From IMG/VR virus record IMGVR_UViG_3300020050_014713, positions 1 through 64,000 of that record: a stretch of DNA of 64,000 nucleotides, one strand, 5' to 3'. Position numbers and translations under genes: made by a program. Origin of the DNA: a virus (taxonomy: Duplodnaviria; Caudoviricetes). The notes beneath the pieces were generated by a model, which did not search any database, had not been told where the DNA came from, and saw nothing but the letters and a program-made list of their open reading frames with translations. Shown in pieces: positions 18,409-26,179 of this stretch; positions within the stretch are counted from its first letter, which is position 1; every line of letters starts with the position of its first letter.

Positions 18409-18573
18409 CTATTGTAACTCAAAGCCCCACTGACAAACATGCCTAGCCTTAAGAGCATCCACCCCTTGAGCTATAAACCGCTCAACACACTGCAGCCTTT
18501 GCTCCCTGACAGACGACGTAGCACATCCAGATAGAATGAACAAGGGAACTAGCATAAGCATGGTTAGTCTCAC
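18409..18573 (-). CDS. small lipoprotein (54 aa, not in ORF track)
   Basis: AGGAGG-GTG; MRLTMLMLVPLFILSGCATSSVREQRLQCVERFIAQGVDALKARHVCQWGFELQ; lipobox LSGC. Confidence 0.75.
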   Translation of the reverse strand: MRLTMLMLVPLFILSGCATSSVREQRLQCVERFIAQGVDALKARHVCQWGFELQ

Positions 18574-18845
18574 AAAGCCTCCTTTATGGTGTCTATGAGT
18601 AATTCATCTTGAACAAAGCTAGTCAATTTAGGATTTTCTTGCAAATCTACGTAATGGTTACATGTGCATTGGTCTATGTTCTCGTCACAAGTACCGACTA
18701 TGCGCACCGCTGTTACTGTAAATATCTCATCGGAATCATGCATGCACATGGTGCGACCAACACAATGGTAGAAGTGGTCACCAGCATTGAAGGGATTTAG
18801 CTTAACCCGGTCCCCAACTTTAAGATTAAATTCTCCACGACGCAT
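18570..18845 (-). CDS. small SH3-like protein
   Basis: LKVGDRVKL; GGAGGT RBS. Confidence 0.6.
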   Translation of the reverse strand: MRRGEFNLKVGDRVKLNPFNAGDHFYHCVGRTMCMHDSDEIFTVTAVRIVGTCDENIDQCTCNHYVDLQENPKLTSFVQDELLIDTIKEAL

Positions 18846-18873
18846 GTTACCTCCCGACAGGTGTATTAAAGCT

Positions 18874-18901
18874 AGTGTAACAGATATTTTTGGAGAGTCA
18901 A
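18874..18901 (-). promoter_or_regulatory. early sigma70-type promoter
   Basis: TTGACT-N16-TACACT, with TG extension. Confidence 0.65.
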
Positions 18902-19153
18902 CACTTATTTATTGCGTAACTTTCCCGGCTACCTACGTGTTGCCACTAGCGTCGCAACGCATAGACGCGTAGGATGCAAGAAACTATCTATACATTTACT
19001 GGAAAATCCCCGGGCATTCAAGTTACTAACTCTTGCAAGCAACTTCTGTATGGGGAACATTCTATAACAAAGGGTATAACTGTTGAAAGAACAAGCTAAA
19101 GAAGGGGTAAGCTATTGAAAATATTCAGTAAGTTGTTTAGTAGTAAAGTAGTA

Positions 19154-19184
19154 AGGATATAAACATGTGAAAACACATTGTCAA
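19154..19184 (-). promoter_or_regulatory. sigma70-type promoter with palindromic spacer
   Basis: TTGACA, then TATATC (N17) or TATCCT (N19); spacer contains ATGTG-N4-CACAT. Confidence 0.5.
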
Positions 19185-19189
19185 CCAAG

Positions 19190-19514
19190 AAAAAAGGCAT
19201 AGCTTCGCTTACTCATAGCTACTAAATTTTTTTGCTATAAGTAGTAGAAGCGTCTTGGTTACTTTAAAATTCACCTTGACTCGTCAGGTTATTCCCCAAT
19301 ACTAGGAAGGTGTACACGAAATTCGGATTCTTCGCATACAGTGTCTTGATAGGCTTTCCGGCTAGGGCATTTAGTAGCTTCGCCCAAAGCAAGTATTGTC
19401 AGCTACGTGAGGGGCAATTTTCCCCCTACTACTCTCATCCCGTCTTGCAATCCTGTTCAACGGTATTTTTAACGGTCCTATCAATTTTCCCGAGAGATTC
19501 CATTCTCCATAGCC
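19190..19514 (-). ncRNA. candidate structured ncRNA (or structured origin)
   Basis: No long ORF; hairpins that pair fully (via G-U) only on the minus strand; 11-bp long-range helix; ends in U6. Confidence 0.5.
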
Positions 19515-19535
19515 CTAGTTAGAATCCTGTAAAAA

Positions 19536-19712
19536 TTACTTCTTTTTACGAAGTACCGTGGCATTCCCACCAGCAAATACATTCCTAGGTTTTTCAGTTT
19601 CAACTGGTTTTTTAGGATTTAAACGCTTGTGTTCCTTGCGTCGATCCGATTCAGTCTCAATTGACTCACTAGACTTATACTTGCGTGCTTTACTCCAATC
19701 CAACTTGCTCAT
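19536..19712 (-). CDS. small basic protein
   Basis: MSKLDWSKARK...; no SD evident. Confidence 0.6.
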   Translation of the reverse strand: MSKLDWSKARKYKSSESIETESDRRKEHKRLNPKKPVETEKPRNVFAGGNATVLRKKK

Positions 19713-19715
19713 AAC

Positions 19716-19727
19716 CATAGTTAGAAA
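19716..19727 (-). promoter_or_regulatory. TTTCTAACTATG box (copy 1)
   Basis: Exact 12-mer also at 46995 and 52313. Confidence 0.6.
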
Positions 19728-19791
19728 CTCAACTATTGATTTTTGGCGTTAGATAACAATCATATAGTTTTTATATACACAATCTTACCTA

Positions 19792-19820
19792 TTGTTGCGG
19801 TGTGACTATTCTGTTAACAT
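19792..19820 (+). promoter_or_regulatory. putative promoter for the recombinase
   Basis: TTGTTG-N17-TAACAT with TG extension; leader hairpin CCCAAG/CTTGGG. Confidence 0.4.
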
Positions 19821-19862
19821 GGGACTAGCCCAAGACTTCACTTGGGACACAAAGGGACTATT

Positions 19863-20426
19863 GTGATTGGATGTAAACCCCTAACCCCTACTGAAGTAGC
19901 TGATATCACTAAGCATCTAAGCTGTGCTAGGGATAAGTGTTTGTTTATATTGGGATTGCGTACGGGATTGCGTATAAGTGAATTGCTATCGCTGAAAGTC
20001 TCTAATGTGTTTTCAACGGGTTCTCTAATGCAATGTATTTATATTGAACGTAGGAATACAAAGGGTAAAACTGCTGGACGATCTATAGCGTTGCACAACG
20101 ATGCAAGAGAGGCTATAGCTAGTCTACTAGCAACTTGGGACCATAGTCCAGGGGACTGGCTATTCCAATCGTTTAGAACGCCTAATAAGCCCTTAGATCG
20201 GGTTATGGCGTACAGGATGCTACGAGAGGCTACGGATAAGGCTAAAATAGCTGGTAAAGTAGCTACGCATAGTATGCGCAAGACCTTTGCCGAACGGATG
20301 TACACTAAGCTGGATAAGGATCTACTTAAGTTACAGAAGGCTTTGGGGCATAGGGACGTTAACAGTACTATAGCCTATCTATCGTTCAATCAACAGGATA
20401 TTGACGATGCAATCTTAAGTGACTAA
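19863..20426 (+). CDS. tyrosine recombinase, catalytic domain only
   Basis: TGLRISELLSL, RRNTK, HSMRK, LGH, YL: full R-K-H-R-H-Y set; GTG start after AAGGGA. Confidence 0.95.
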   Translation: MIGCKPLTPTEVADITKHLSCARDKCLFILGLRTGLRISELLSLKVSNVFSTGSLMQCIYIERRNTKGKTAGRSIALHNDAREAIASLLATWDHSPGDWLFQSFRTPNKPLDRVMAYRMLREATDKAKIAGKVATHSMRKTFAERMYTKLDKDLLKLQKALGHRDVNSTIAYLSFNQQDIDDAILSD

Positions 20427-20503
20427 TGGTACTACGCCTAGGAGTTGAACCTAGCTTTAAGACGCTTATAAGACGCCTTCGGAATACCGTCCCGCCGCGT
20501 AGC
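20427..20503 (-). tRNA. tRNA-Ile (anticodon UAU)
   Basis: Acceptor GCTACGC/GCGTAGT, A73, encoded CCA; anticodon loop CT-TAT-AA; T-arm CTAGG-TTCAACT-CCTAG; atypical G8 and G1-U72. Confidence 0.8.
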
Positions 20504-20513
20504 ATTAAGTAGA

Positions 20514-20696
20514 CTAGTCAGCAAGTACTTCTATTTTGCTAGTAGCGTCAATGTATACAACTTCGTTAACACCTGTTAGCTTGTAGACGTTCTCTTGAGC
20601 ATTGTAGACGCTAACTTCCTTGACGCACAACACTTTGGATTTATTAGAGTAGATATCTTGGACGTTAACAACCATACCGGGGAATACGTTCAACAT
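20514..20696 (-). CDS. small hypothetical protein
   Basis: GGAG RBS. Confidence 0.6.
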   Translation of the reverse strand: MLNVFPGMVVNVQDIYSNKSKVLCVKEVSVYNAQENVYKLTGVNEVVYIDATSKIEVLAD

Positions 20697-20704
20697 GGTA
20701 ACTC

Positions 20705-20797
20705 CTAGGTAAACAGGTTAATAACAAAGGCTACGGTTACAGCTAGTATAGCAGGGAACAAGAGTATAGCAACGGCTACTAAGAATACAGTTCCCAT
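20705..20797 (-). CDS. 30-aa hydrophobic peptide
   Basis: MGTVFLVAVAILLFPAILAVTVAFVINLFT; GAGG RBS. Confidence 0.5.
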   Translation of the reverse strand: MGTVFLVAVAILLFPAILAVTVAFVINLFT

Positions 20798-20798
20798 A

Positions 20799-20969
20799 TT
20801 ATTCCTCGCTAAATCCATAGGTTAACTGGTTCAAGGGACGTGCTTCCAGGTCGCATAGGTCTAAGTCACAAGGGAACATTAGGTCTATGTATTCCCAAGC
20901 TTTGTCGTATGATGCAAAGGACTTACAGTCAAACATACGGTTATTGTAACTATCGAATACTCCGAACAT
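20799..20969 (-). CDS. 56-aa hypothetical protein
   Basis: GGAGGT RBS; MFGVFDSYNNRMFD... Confidence 0.65.
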   Translation of the reverse strand: MFGVFDSYNNRMFDCKSFASYDKAWEYIDLMFPCDLDLCDLEARPLNQLTYGFSEE

Positions 20970-20977
20970 GGTACCTC

Positions 20978-21580
20978 CTAAGCGAACAAGCCGTTAATAA
21001 ATTTACCGTCCTTACGTTTAAACGCTAGCTTAGAATGATCCAGGGAGTTGGAACGCTCTTGGTCAAAGGTGCCGGTGAAGTCAGTACAGGTTACGTGAGT
21101 ACCCATGTCCGCGAGTTTACAGGAGAACAGTTCGCCGTCCTTCATGGTGATGCAAGACGTTTCGGCATAGCCGGTCAGAGAGTTATGGGCATTGCATCCG
21201 TAAATAGGCACTAGACCGTAGCCAAACACCTCAGCAAGTCCCTCGCCACGGGTATTATCAAAGTAGCGGATACGGGCATTGAACAGTTGACCACGTGTTG
21301 CAACGTGTCTAATAGCGTCCTGGACCGACTCTTCAGGGCAACGCAAGGCATGTTCTGGCAACGCTTTGGACTTCTTATAGATGCTGAATACATCCCTAGG
21401 CATATAGGCGGAGTGACCAATTGCAACGCCACGGTTATAAGTAGTTGCAATGATACGATCAAACTTATAAGTAGTCTTAGTCTCAGCAACCAAGTAACCC
21501 CAAACAACGGTAACAAAATCATAGCGTTGTTCAAGTTCGGCGTATGAGCGGGTAACGGAGAGTACTTTACGCTTAGACAT
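20978..21580 (-). CDS. hypothetical protein with possible cold-shock/OB-like C-terminal domain
   Basis: ARIRYFDNTRGEGL resembles the CSD RNP-1 region. Confidence 0.6.
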   Translation of the reverse strand: MSKRKVLSVTRSYAELEQRYDFVTVVWGYLVAETKTTYKFDRIIATTYNRGVAIGHSAYMPRDVFSIYKKSKALPEHALRCPEESVQDAIRHVATRGQLFNARIRYFDNTRGEGLAEVFGYGLVPIYGCNAHNSLTGYAETSCITMKDGELFSCKLADMGTHVTCTDFTGTFDQERSNSLDHSKLAFKRKDGKFINGLFA

Positions 21581-21610
21581 GGTAACTCCCTAAGTTGTGG
21601 TCCTAGGTCT

Positions 21611-21639
21611 ATACTATAGCATGGTGCGGCATAGTTCAA
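21611..21639 (-). promoter_or_regulatory. putative early promoter
   Basis: TTGAAC-N17-TAGTAT. Confidence 0.45.
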
Positions 21640-21899
21640 TTGATAAAAAGATTGTAATGTATTGATTAGTAGTAGGGTGTAGGAATATCAAGGGGATAGG
21701 ATAGATAATAGTTTGGGACGTGGGCATATAAGGATGGTTAGGACATAGCTCTATATGGGACAATGGTTGACGTAGGTATATACTGTAGGGAATAGACATA
21801 GCTATTGCATAGCACAACGTATACCAATCGTAGGAGAATGAATAGTATTCCATTGTAGTATTGGAGAGTTAGAGAATAAACTAATGATTACAGGTAGAT

Positions 21900-21909
21900 G
21901 GGGGGGGGG
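21900..21909. repeat. G10 homopolymer at a purine/pyrimidine skew switch
   Basis: Direct reading of the sequence. Confidence 0.9.
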
Positions 21910-22240
21910 CTGGCATGGTATGGAAAGTGAAAGGTTACTGCATAAGCTCGCGCACAAACAAGTCATTTTTTAAAAAGTCCTTTCAAATCAAAATCATACA
22001 CTTCAAACGGAATTATCTTCCATCTATTATTTTCTTTCCAATAATTATTTTTCGTAATAGAAATTTTTTTATCAAATGTAAATTTTAAATGCCACCAAAA
22101 AAATCTAATATTGATATAACAATCGCTCATGTATATACCTAACCTATCGTTTTTCCATTAAATGTATGTATATTCCTATTTCCTTAACAATATCAAGCCA
22201 TTACACAATTTGCAAACTGTAGCTTATACATACCTATTTT

Positions 22241-22390
22241 TTAAAACTTTAGTTTTCTAAATAAATCAATTTCAACAGCATGGGTTCCTAAGTATATAAT
22301 AATCCGTAGATATCTCTTAGTATCATCGTTTCTCCACAGCAGTAGAGTTCCAACTTCCAATGCCCAAGTCTTCCTAAGTCTAATTTCCAT
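22241..22390 (-). CDS. 49-aa hypothetical protein
   Basis: Follows the upstream gene; MEIRLRKTWALEVG... Confidence 0.45.
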   Translation of the reverse strand: MEIRLRKTWALEVGTLLLWRNDDTKRYLRIIIYLGTHAVEIDLFRKLKF

Positions 22391-22393
22391 AAC

Positions 22394-22624
22394 TTACAAC
22401 CTACTCTTGTAAATACCCAATATCTCTTCTATAGCAATGGCTGGCAATTCCAAGTCTGTGTGCTTTACTAACATATCAACATGTTCTTTAATGTGCTCGT
22501 GCATTCCCGGAACACCTATAAAATCCTTATGTGAAGCTATGTGCTTAGAATGATTATCTAGTATGTGACATTTAGCCTGGCTAGGGTTTTCATTTTCCGC
22601 TTTAATCAATAGTTCCTCGCCCAT
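22394..22624 (-). CDS. hypothetical protein
   Basis: ORF. Confidence 0.55.
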   Translation of the reverse strand: MGEELLIKAENENPSQAKCHILDNHSKHIASHKDFIGVPGMHEHIKEHVDMLVKHTDLELPAIAIEEILGIYKSRL

Positions 22625-22878
22625 ATTATCCGCCTTTCAATACCTTAGGGGGGTAGGGTCTATTTTCCATCTCTTTCATTTCCCATTTCCGCCGAAAAAT
22701 TTTTTTCTTTTATGCACGCCCATTTTCAACTACTTATGCCTTTGCTGCTGCCGGTCTAATAATTTCAACACTATATACCTAATCACAAAAACAGCAGCCA
22801 TTACGGCTAGCAGTTGTGGAACAGATTCTTTAAGAATATGTAACCCAATTGATATAAAAAAATACCCCACACTAGCTC

Positions 22879-23346
22879 CTAGCTATTCTTTTCTGGAAAC
22901 TGTGCAAGGGCAGCACACGCAAAGCATTCACATTCTGGCTTAATACAAAACTTTTGGAATCCCTTGAGAGCTTGGCGAAACTCTTTAGCCTCCTCAATAG
23001 CGGAATCGCGTTCGTCCATAATCCTTAGCATTGATGAAATTAACTCACTCTCTTTTTTAGAAAAGTCATCGTAGTATTTTTGCAACTCTTCTTTTTGACC
23101 CTGCGCTACATCCCGTTTAAACTTCCACTCATTAACTTTGTTATTGGCTGTCCGAAGCTGAGAGTGGTAAAAATCAGATTCTGATTGAACTACGGCAATT
23201 TCCATATTATATCTTTTTAAAATCTTATCTACAATCCTACAAGCTTTTTCACTTTGGAAAACGCCATTTTTATCCCAGCATACAGATGCCTCACCAATAC
23301 AAATTGCGACAAGTTCTTCAAATGTATATTGTAAATCTGAATTCAT
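22879..23346 (-). CDS. coiled-coil protein with C-terminal CxCxAC motif
   Basis: Shares its C-terminus with 27386-27742. Confidence 0.7.
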   Translation of the reverse strand: MNSDLQYTFEELVAICIGEASVCWDKNGVFQSEKACRIVDKILKRYNMEIAVVQSESDFYHSQLRTANNKVNEWKFKRDVAQGQKEELQKYYDDFSKKESELISSMLRIMDERDSAIEEAKEFRQALKGFQKFCIKPECECFACAALAQFPEKNS

Positions 23347-23347
23347 C

Positions 23348-23545
23348 CTAACACCATCTTCCTAAATAATTTATAATATGATCCTCCCGGTCTTCCCAAG
23401 TAAGTCCGCTTTCAGTAGCTAGATGTAGCACTAACACTCTGTTATTGTAGTACCACGCTACTAAACTAGACCTAGAGCTTAAGTCTCCACCATGTTTTTT
23501 ATACAGCGGATAAATAACGTCTTGTAGGAACTGTTTTAGGCACAT
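23348..23545 (-). CDS. hypothetical protein
   Basis: Packed. Confidence 0.6.
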   Translation of the reverse strand: MCLKQFLQDVIYPLYKKHGGDLSSRSSLVAWYYNNRVLVLHLATESGLTWEDREDHIINYLGRWC

Positions 23546-23673
23546 TACTTAATCCAAGGAAATATGTATACCCTGCCACCTAGCCCATTACCAAACTCAA
23601 TTCCCTTGCTCCAAACCCTAATGTGCCACCGTTTAAACCGCAACACCAGCCCTGTCATCTTACAAGCTCTCAT
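23545..23673 (-). CDS. 42-aa hypothetical protein
   Basis: Fills the gap exactly; GGAG RBS. Confidence 0.55.
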   Translation of the reverse strand: MRACKMTGLVLRFKRWHIRVWSKGIEFGNGLGGRVYIFPWIK

Positions 23674-23675
23674 TT

Positions 23676-23891
23676 CTAGCTCCTATTTACAAATCCCTTA
23701 GTGGTGCCGTCTAACCAAGGAATACCCATAACCCTAAACACTACTAACAGTGCCCAGATAAATCCTACCATAAAAACTGTATTAAGGAAAATCCAAAACC
23801 CCAGCATAAAATAGAACTTAACTATCCACAGCATAACCTGGAAAATATTCTCAGGCTGTATAGAATCTATATAGTTTGGATGGTGTACCAT
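23676..23891 (-). CDS. small membrane protein
   Basis: Long hydrophobic stretch. Confidence 0.6.
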   Translation of the reverse strand: MVHHPNYIDSIQPENIFQVMLWIVKFYFMLGFWIFLNTVFMVGFIWALLVVFRVMGIPWLDGTTKGFVNRS

Positions 23892-23897
23892 AGGTTC

Positions 23898-24101
23898 TTA
23901 TTTTACTTTTTTTAAATCACTAGACTTGTACCTTCCACCAATATCTAAACAAAATGGATACACATGATTATCAATTCTTACAATTTTAGCAACTTGTTGT
24001 AGTTGTTCCACGTATACCATCTCATTTAATTTAAACTCATCCAGATTTTTTCTGGAAGGCATTCTGTCGTAAAATCCATTTTCCCTATAACCACAAAACA
24101 T
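23898..24101 (-). CDS. small SH3-like protein
   Basis: FKLNEMVYV...KIVRID...L. Confidence 0.55.
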   Translation of the reverse strand: MFCGYRENGFYDRMPSRKNLDEFKLNEMVYVEQLQQVAKIVRIDNHVYPFCLDIGGRYKSSDLKKVK

Positions 24102-24114
24102 AAAGTTCCTAATA

Positions 24115-24720
24115 CTAAGAATTAAATGATCCTATTAGCAAATACTTCCCCTTGGAAGTAGCCACTTCAATGACACCAGTACCAATATTGTTACCAACAG
24201 CTTTTCTAAAGTCATCGTCTAGTTTACTTACTAGATTATAATCAGTATCTACTCTTGGTTTAATAGTGTACTTAGTAGTATGGGTTTTTACTATTTTTCC
24301 CGCGTCGTCTAAGAAATTAACCTTGAACCCCTTAACTACTATATCGTTGTTTTCCACTCCCGCCTTTTCCGTCTTCTTGGCATTAATACGCTGTTTCCAA
24401 ACTTCGTCATCTTCTCCAGTATAGGTAATGGTACCGTTGGGGTACATTAGGTGTTCAATAGTCTTAAATAGCTCTTCATGCCTTCCTAGCCGCTCCCTTA
24501 GGAAATCTGTAACTTCAAAATAGGACTTGCGTTCGGTAAGCTCAAAACCAATATCCTCAAATACATCCTGTGGATGCTCTAGGCTACCGTCGAACCTGCA
24601 CCAATCGCTATTGGGATGAAGAACATCTCGATTATATTTCTTTAGCACTGCTACAATTTCTTTGGCGTTAGATTTCTTAAACTTGACGCCTTTAAACTTC
24701 ATTGTTACATCATAGCCCAT
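24115..24720 (-). CDS. hypothetical protein
   Basis: GGAG RBS. Confidence 0.7.
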   Translation of the reverse strand: MGYDVTMKFKGVKFKKSNAKEIVAVLKKYNRDVLHPNSDWCRFDGSLEHPQDVFEDIGFELTERKSYFEVTDFLRERLGRHEELFKTIEHLMYPNGTITYTGEDDEVWKQRINAKKTEKAGVENNDIVVKGFKVNFLDDAGKIVKTHTTKYTIKPRVDTDYNLVSKLDDDFRKAVGNNIGTGVIEVATSKGKYLLIGSFNS

Positions 24721-24732
24721 TGTAAACTCCTA

Positions 24733-25044
24733 TTATTTATCCCATCTAGTTTTTTCTAAAATAATCGCATTCTCAAACCATTCTTTCATAGTCGTGTATT
24801 TGTTAAACGGATGCTCGTGTGTCCAATCGTCAATTTCCACAGCTTCTAAACTGGCAACGTGAGGATATAGATATTTAATATTAGCAAGCCAATTGTGCAC
24901 TTCCTCACTATCCATTTCATTTTCTGTAAAATATAAAACGGCTTTATATGCTGTCGTTTTCATACTATTTAACCTCGTGGTATTTAACATAGTCAGTTTT
25001 AAGCTGATCTTCTTTTTCTTTAAGTTCCCGCTTATCTTCCTCAA
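24733..25044 (-). CDS. hypothetical protein
   Basis: True start probably later (MKTT). Confidence 0.55.
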   Translation of the reverse strand: MRKISGNLKKKKISLKLTMLNTTRLNSMKTTAYKAVLYFTENEMDSEEVHNWLANIKYLYPHVASLEAVEIDDWTHEHPFNKYTTMKEWFENAIILEKTRWDK

Positions 25045-25186
25045 TAAACCTGTAAGCTTCCTCTATACTATACATTGTCTTATAGCTAGGTTGCCAAGAC
25101 CATAGCCAATGATCTTTACGCTCTACCTTAAAATAAACTAGTCCATTCTTGGAAGTTTCTTTAATACGCCATTTCATCCAAACCAC
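24965..25186 (-). CDS. hypothetical protein
   Basis: Packed. Confidence 0.6.
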   Translation of the reverse strand: MVWMKWRIKETSKNGLVYFKVERKDHWLWSWQPSYKTMYSIEEAYRFIEEDKRELKEKEDQLKTDYVKYHEVK

Positions 25187-25413
25187 TCCTCGCGGCTATC
25201 TTGTTCCCCTAAAATCTCAATAGCCCACTTACAAAGGTCTGTTCCAAACAATTGATTACCATACAATAGCTTCTGCACTTCTACTGGATAACCAATTTCA
25301 AGTAGCATACCGCTGTGCTCATCAACCATAACTTCTGCCAATGCCCTAAAGCTATGCATACGTTCGCCGCAACGTAAGTTTTTAATAACCAGTGCAATGT
25401 CTTTATTGGTCAC
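25174..25413 (-). CDS. hypothetical protein
   Basis: ORF. Confidence 0.6.
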   Translation of the reverse strand: MTNKDIALVIKNLRCGERMHSFRALAEVMVDEHSGMLLEIGYPVEVQKLLYGNQLFGTDLCKWAIEILGEQDSREEWFG

Positions 25414-25470
25414 TTTTTACCCCGGTTTAATTTTGGGCTGGTTTAAGAAATGCAGTTACTGATTATTAAC

Positions 25471-25680
25471 CTATTTTGTTTGATTATTATTTTCTATCTT
25501 TAAATCAGCTAAGTAGTCGATAATTGCATCGGAGGCACCTGGCACTGTTCTTAATGCTGACTCCGCTTTGTCTAGCTTTGCTTTTAGCCGGGAGATTTCG
25601 GCTTGTAGATCGGCGTTAGCATTTGCCAATAGCCGGTTTATCTCTTTTGAAGTTTTAAAGTCTTTTTCTAGGTCACTCAT
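25471..25680 (-). CDS. small coiled-coil protein
   Basis: Heptad pattern. Confidence 0.6.
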   Translation of the reverse strand: MSDLEKDFKTSKEINRLLANANADLQAEISRLKAKLDKAESALRTVPGASDAIIDYLADLKIENNNQTK

Positions 25681-25904
25681 TATTGCTCCTCAACCCTTAC
25701 AAACTTAATAGGCAGCTTAAACTCCGGCAGCCTTTGATCCATAAACTTATAGAACTTGCCATTCTTTGAGACTTCCCCATGAAAGCTTTCATTGCTTTCA
25801 AACAACCAATATTCCATGTCAAAGTAGTTATCATGGTCTAGAACCACCTTATCTAGCAGTTCCATACAAGCTACAGTTCTTTTAATGTAAGCTCTCACTA
25901 ACAT
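25680..25904 (-). CDS. hypothetical protein
   Basis: Downstream of a promoter. Confidence 0.6.
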   Translation of the reverse strand: MLVRAYIKRTVACMELLDKVVLDHDNYFDMEYWLFESNESFHGEVSKNGKFYKFMDQRLPEFKLPIKFVRVEEQ

Positions 25905-25937
25905 CCTAGTAGAGGTATAGGGGTACCCTCTATTTTT

Positions 25938-25965
25938 ATCCTAGCACGTTTTCAGATTCTGTCAA
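25938..25965 (-). promoter_or_regulatory. sigma70-type promoter
   Basis: TTGACA-N16-TAGGAT with TG extension. Confidence 0.6.
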
Positions 25966-25981
25966 AAAATTTTTGTAAACT

Positions 25982-26179
25982 TTACAATTCACATACCAAG
26001 TCATACTCGTGAACCATCCTAATCCACTCCACAAGATATCTCTCCACCTTTTCGGTGCTCCACTTGCCGTCCCTATAGTAGTCAAAGCTTTGCCACTTCC
26101 CTTTTGGAGGGTAGAAAATAAGCAAGTTATCGTTCTCTGATAGAAACACTCCGCCAGTAAGGATTTCATAATTCATCAT
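25982..26179 (-). CDS. hypothetical protein
   Basis: ATGA overlap with upstream gene. Confidence 0.6.
   Translation of the reverse strand: MMNYEILTGGVFLSENDNLLIFYPPKGKWQSFDYYRDGKWSTEKVERYLVEWIRMVHEYDLVCEL

Noticed and set aside
19250-19290. Hammerhead ribozyme core CUGACGA
   Set aside because: The required GAAA after stem II is absent.
19201-19383. GCGAAGC mini-hairpins as N4-type virion RNAP promoters
   Set aside because: Stems are only 2-3 bp and no virion RNAP gene is seen.
21614-21853. 79-aa minus-strand ORF
   Set aside because: Biased composition reflects the purine-skewed tract; it spans the promoter.
19108-22736. IHF-like WATCAANNNNTTR sites (19108, 21877, 22191, 22724; also 52259)
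   Set aside because: The consensus is degenerate enough that several matches are expected by chance in AT-rich DNA.
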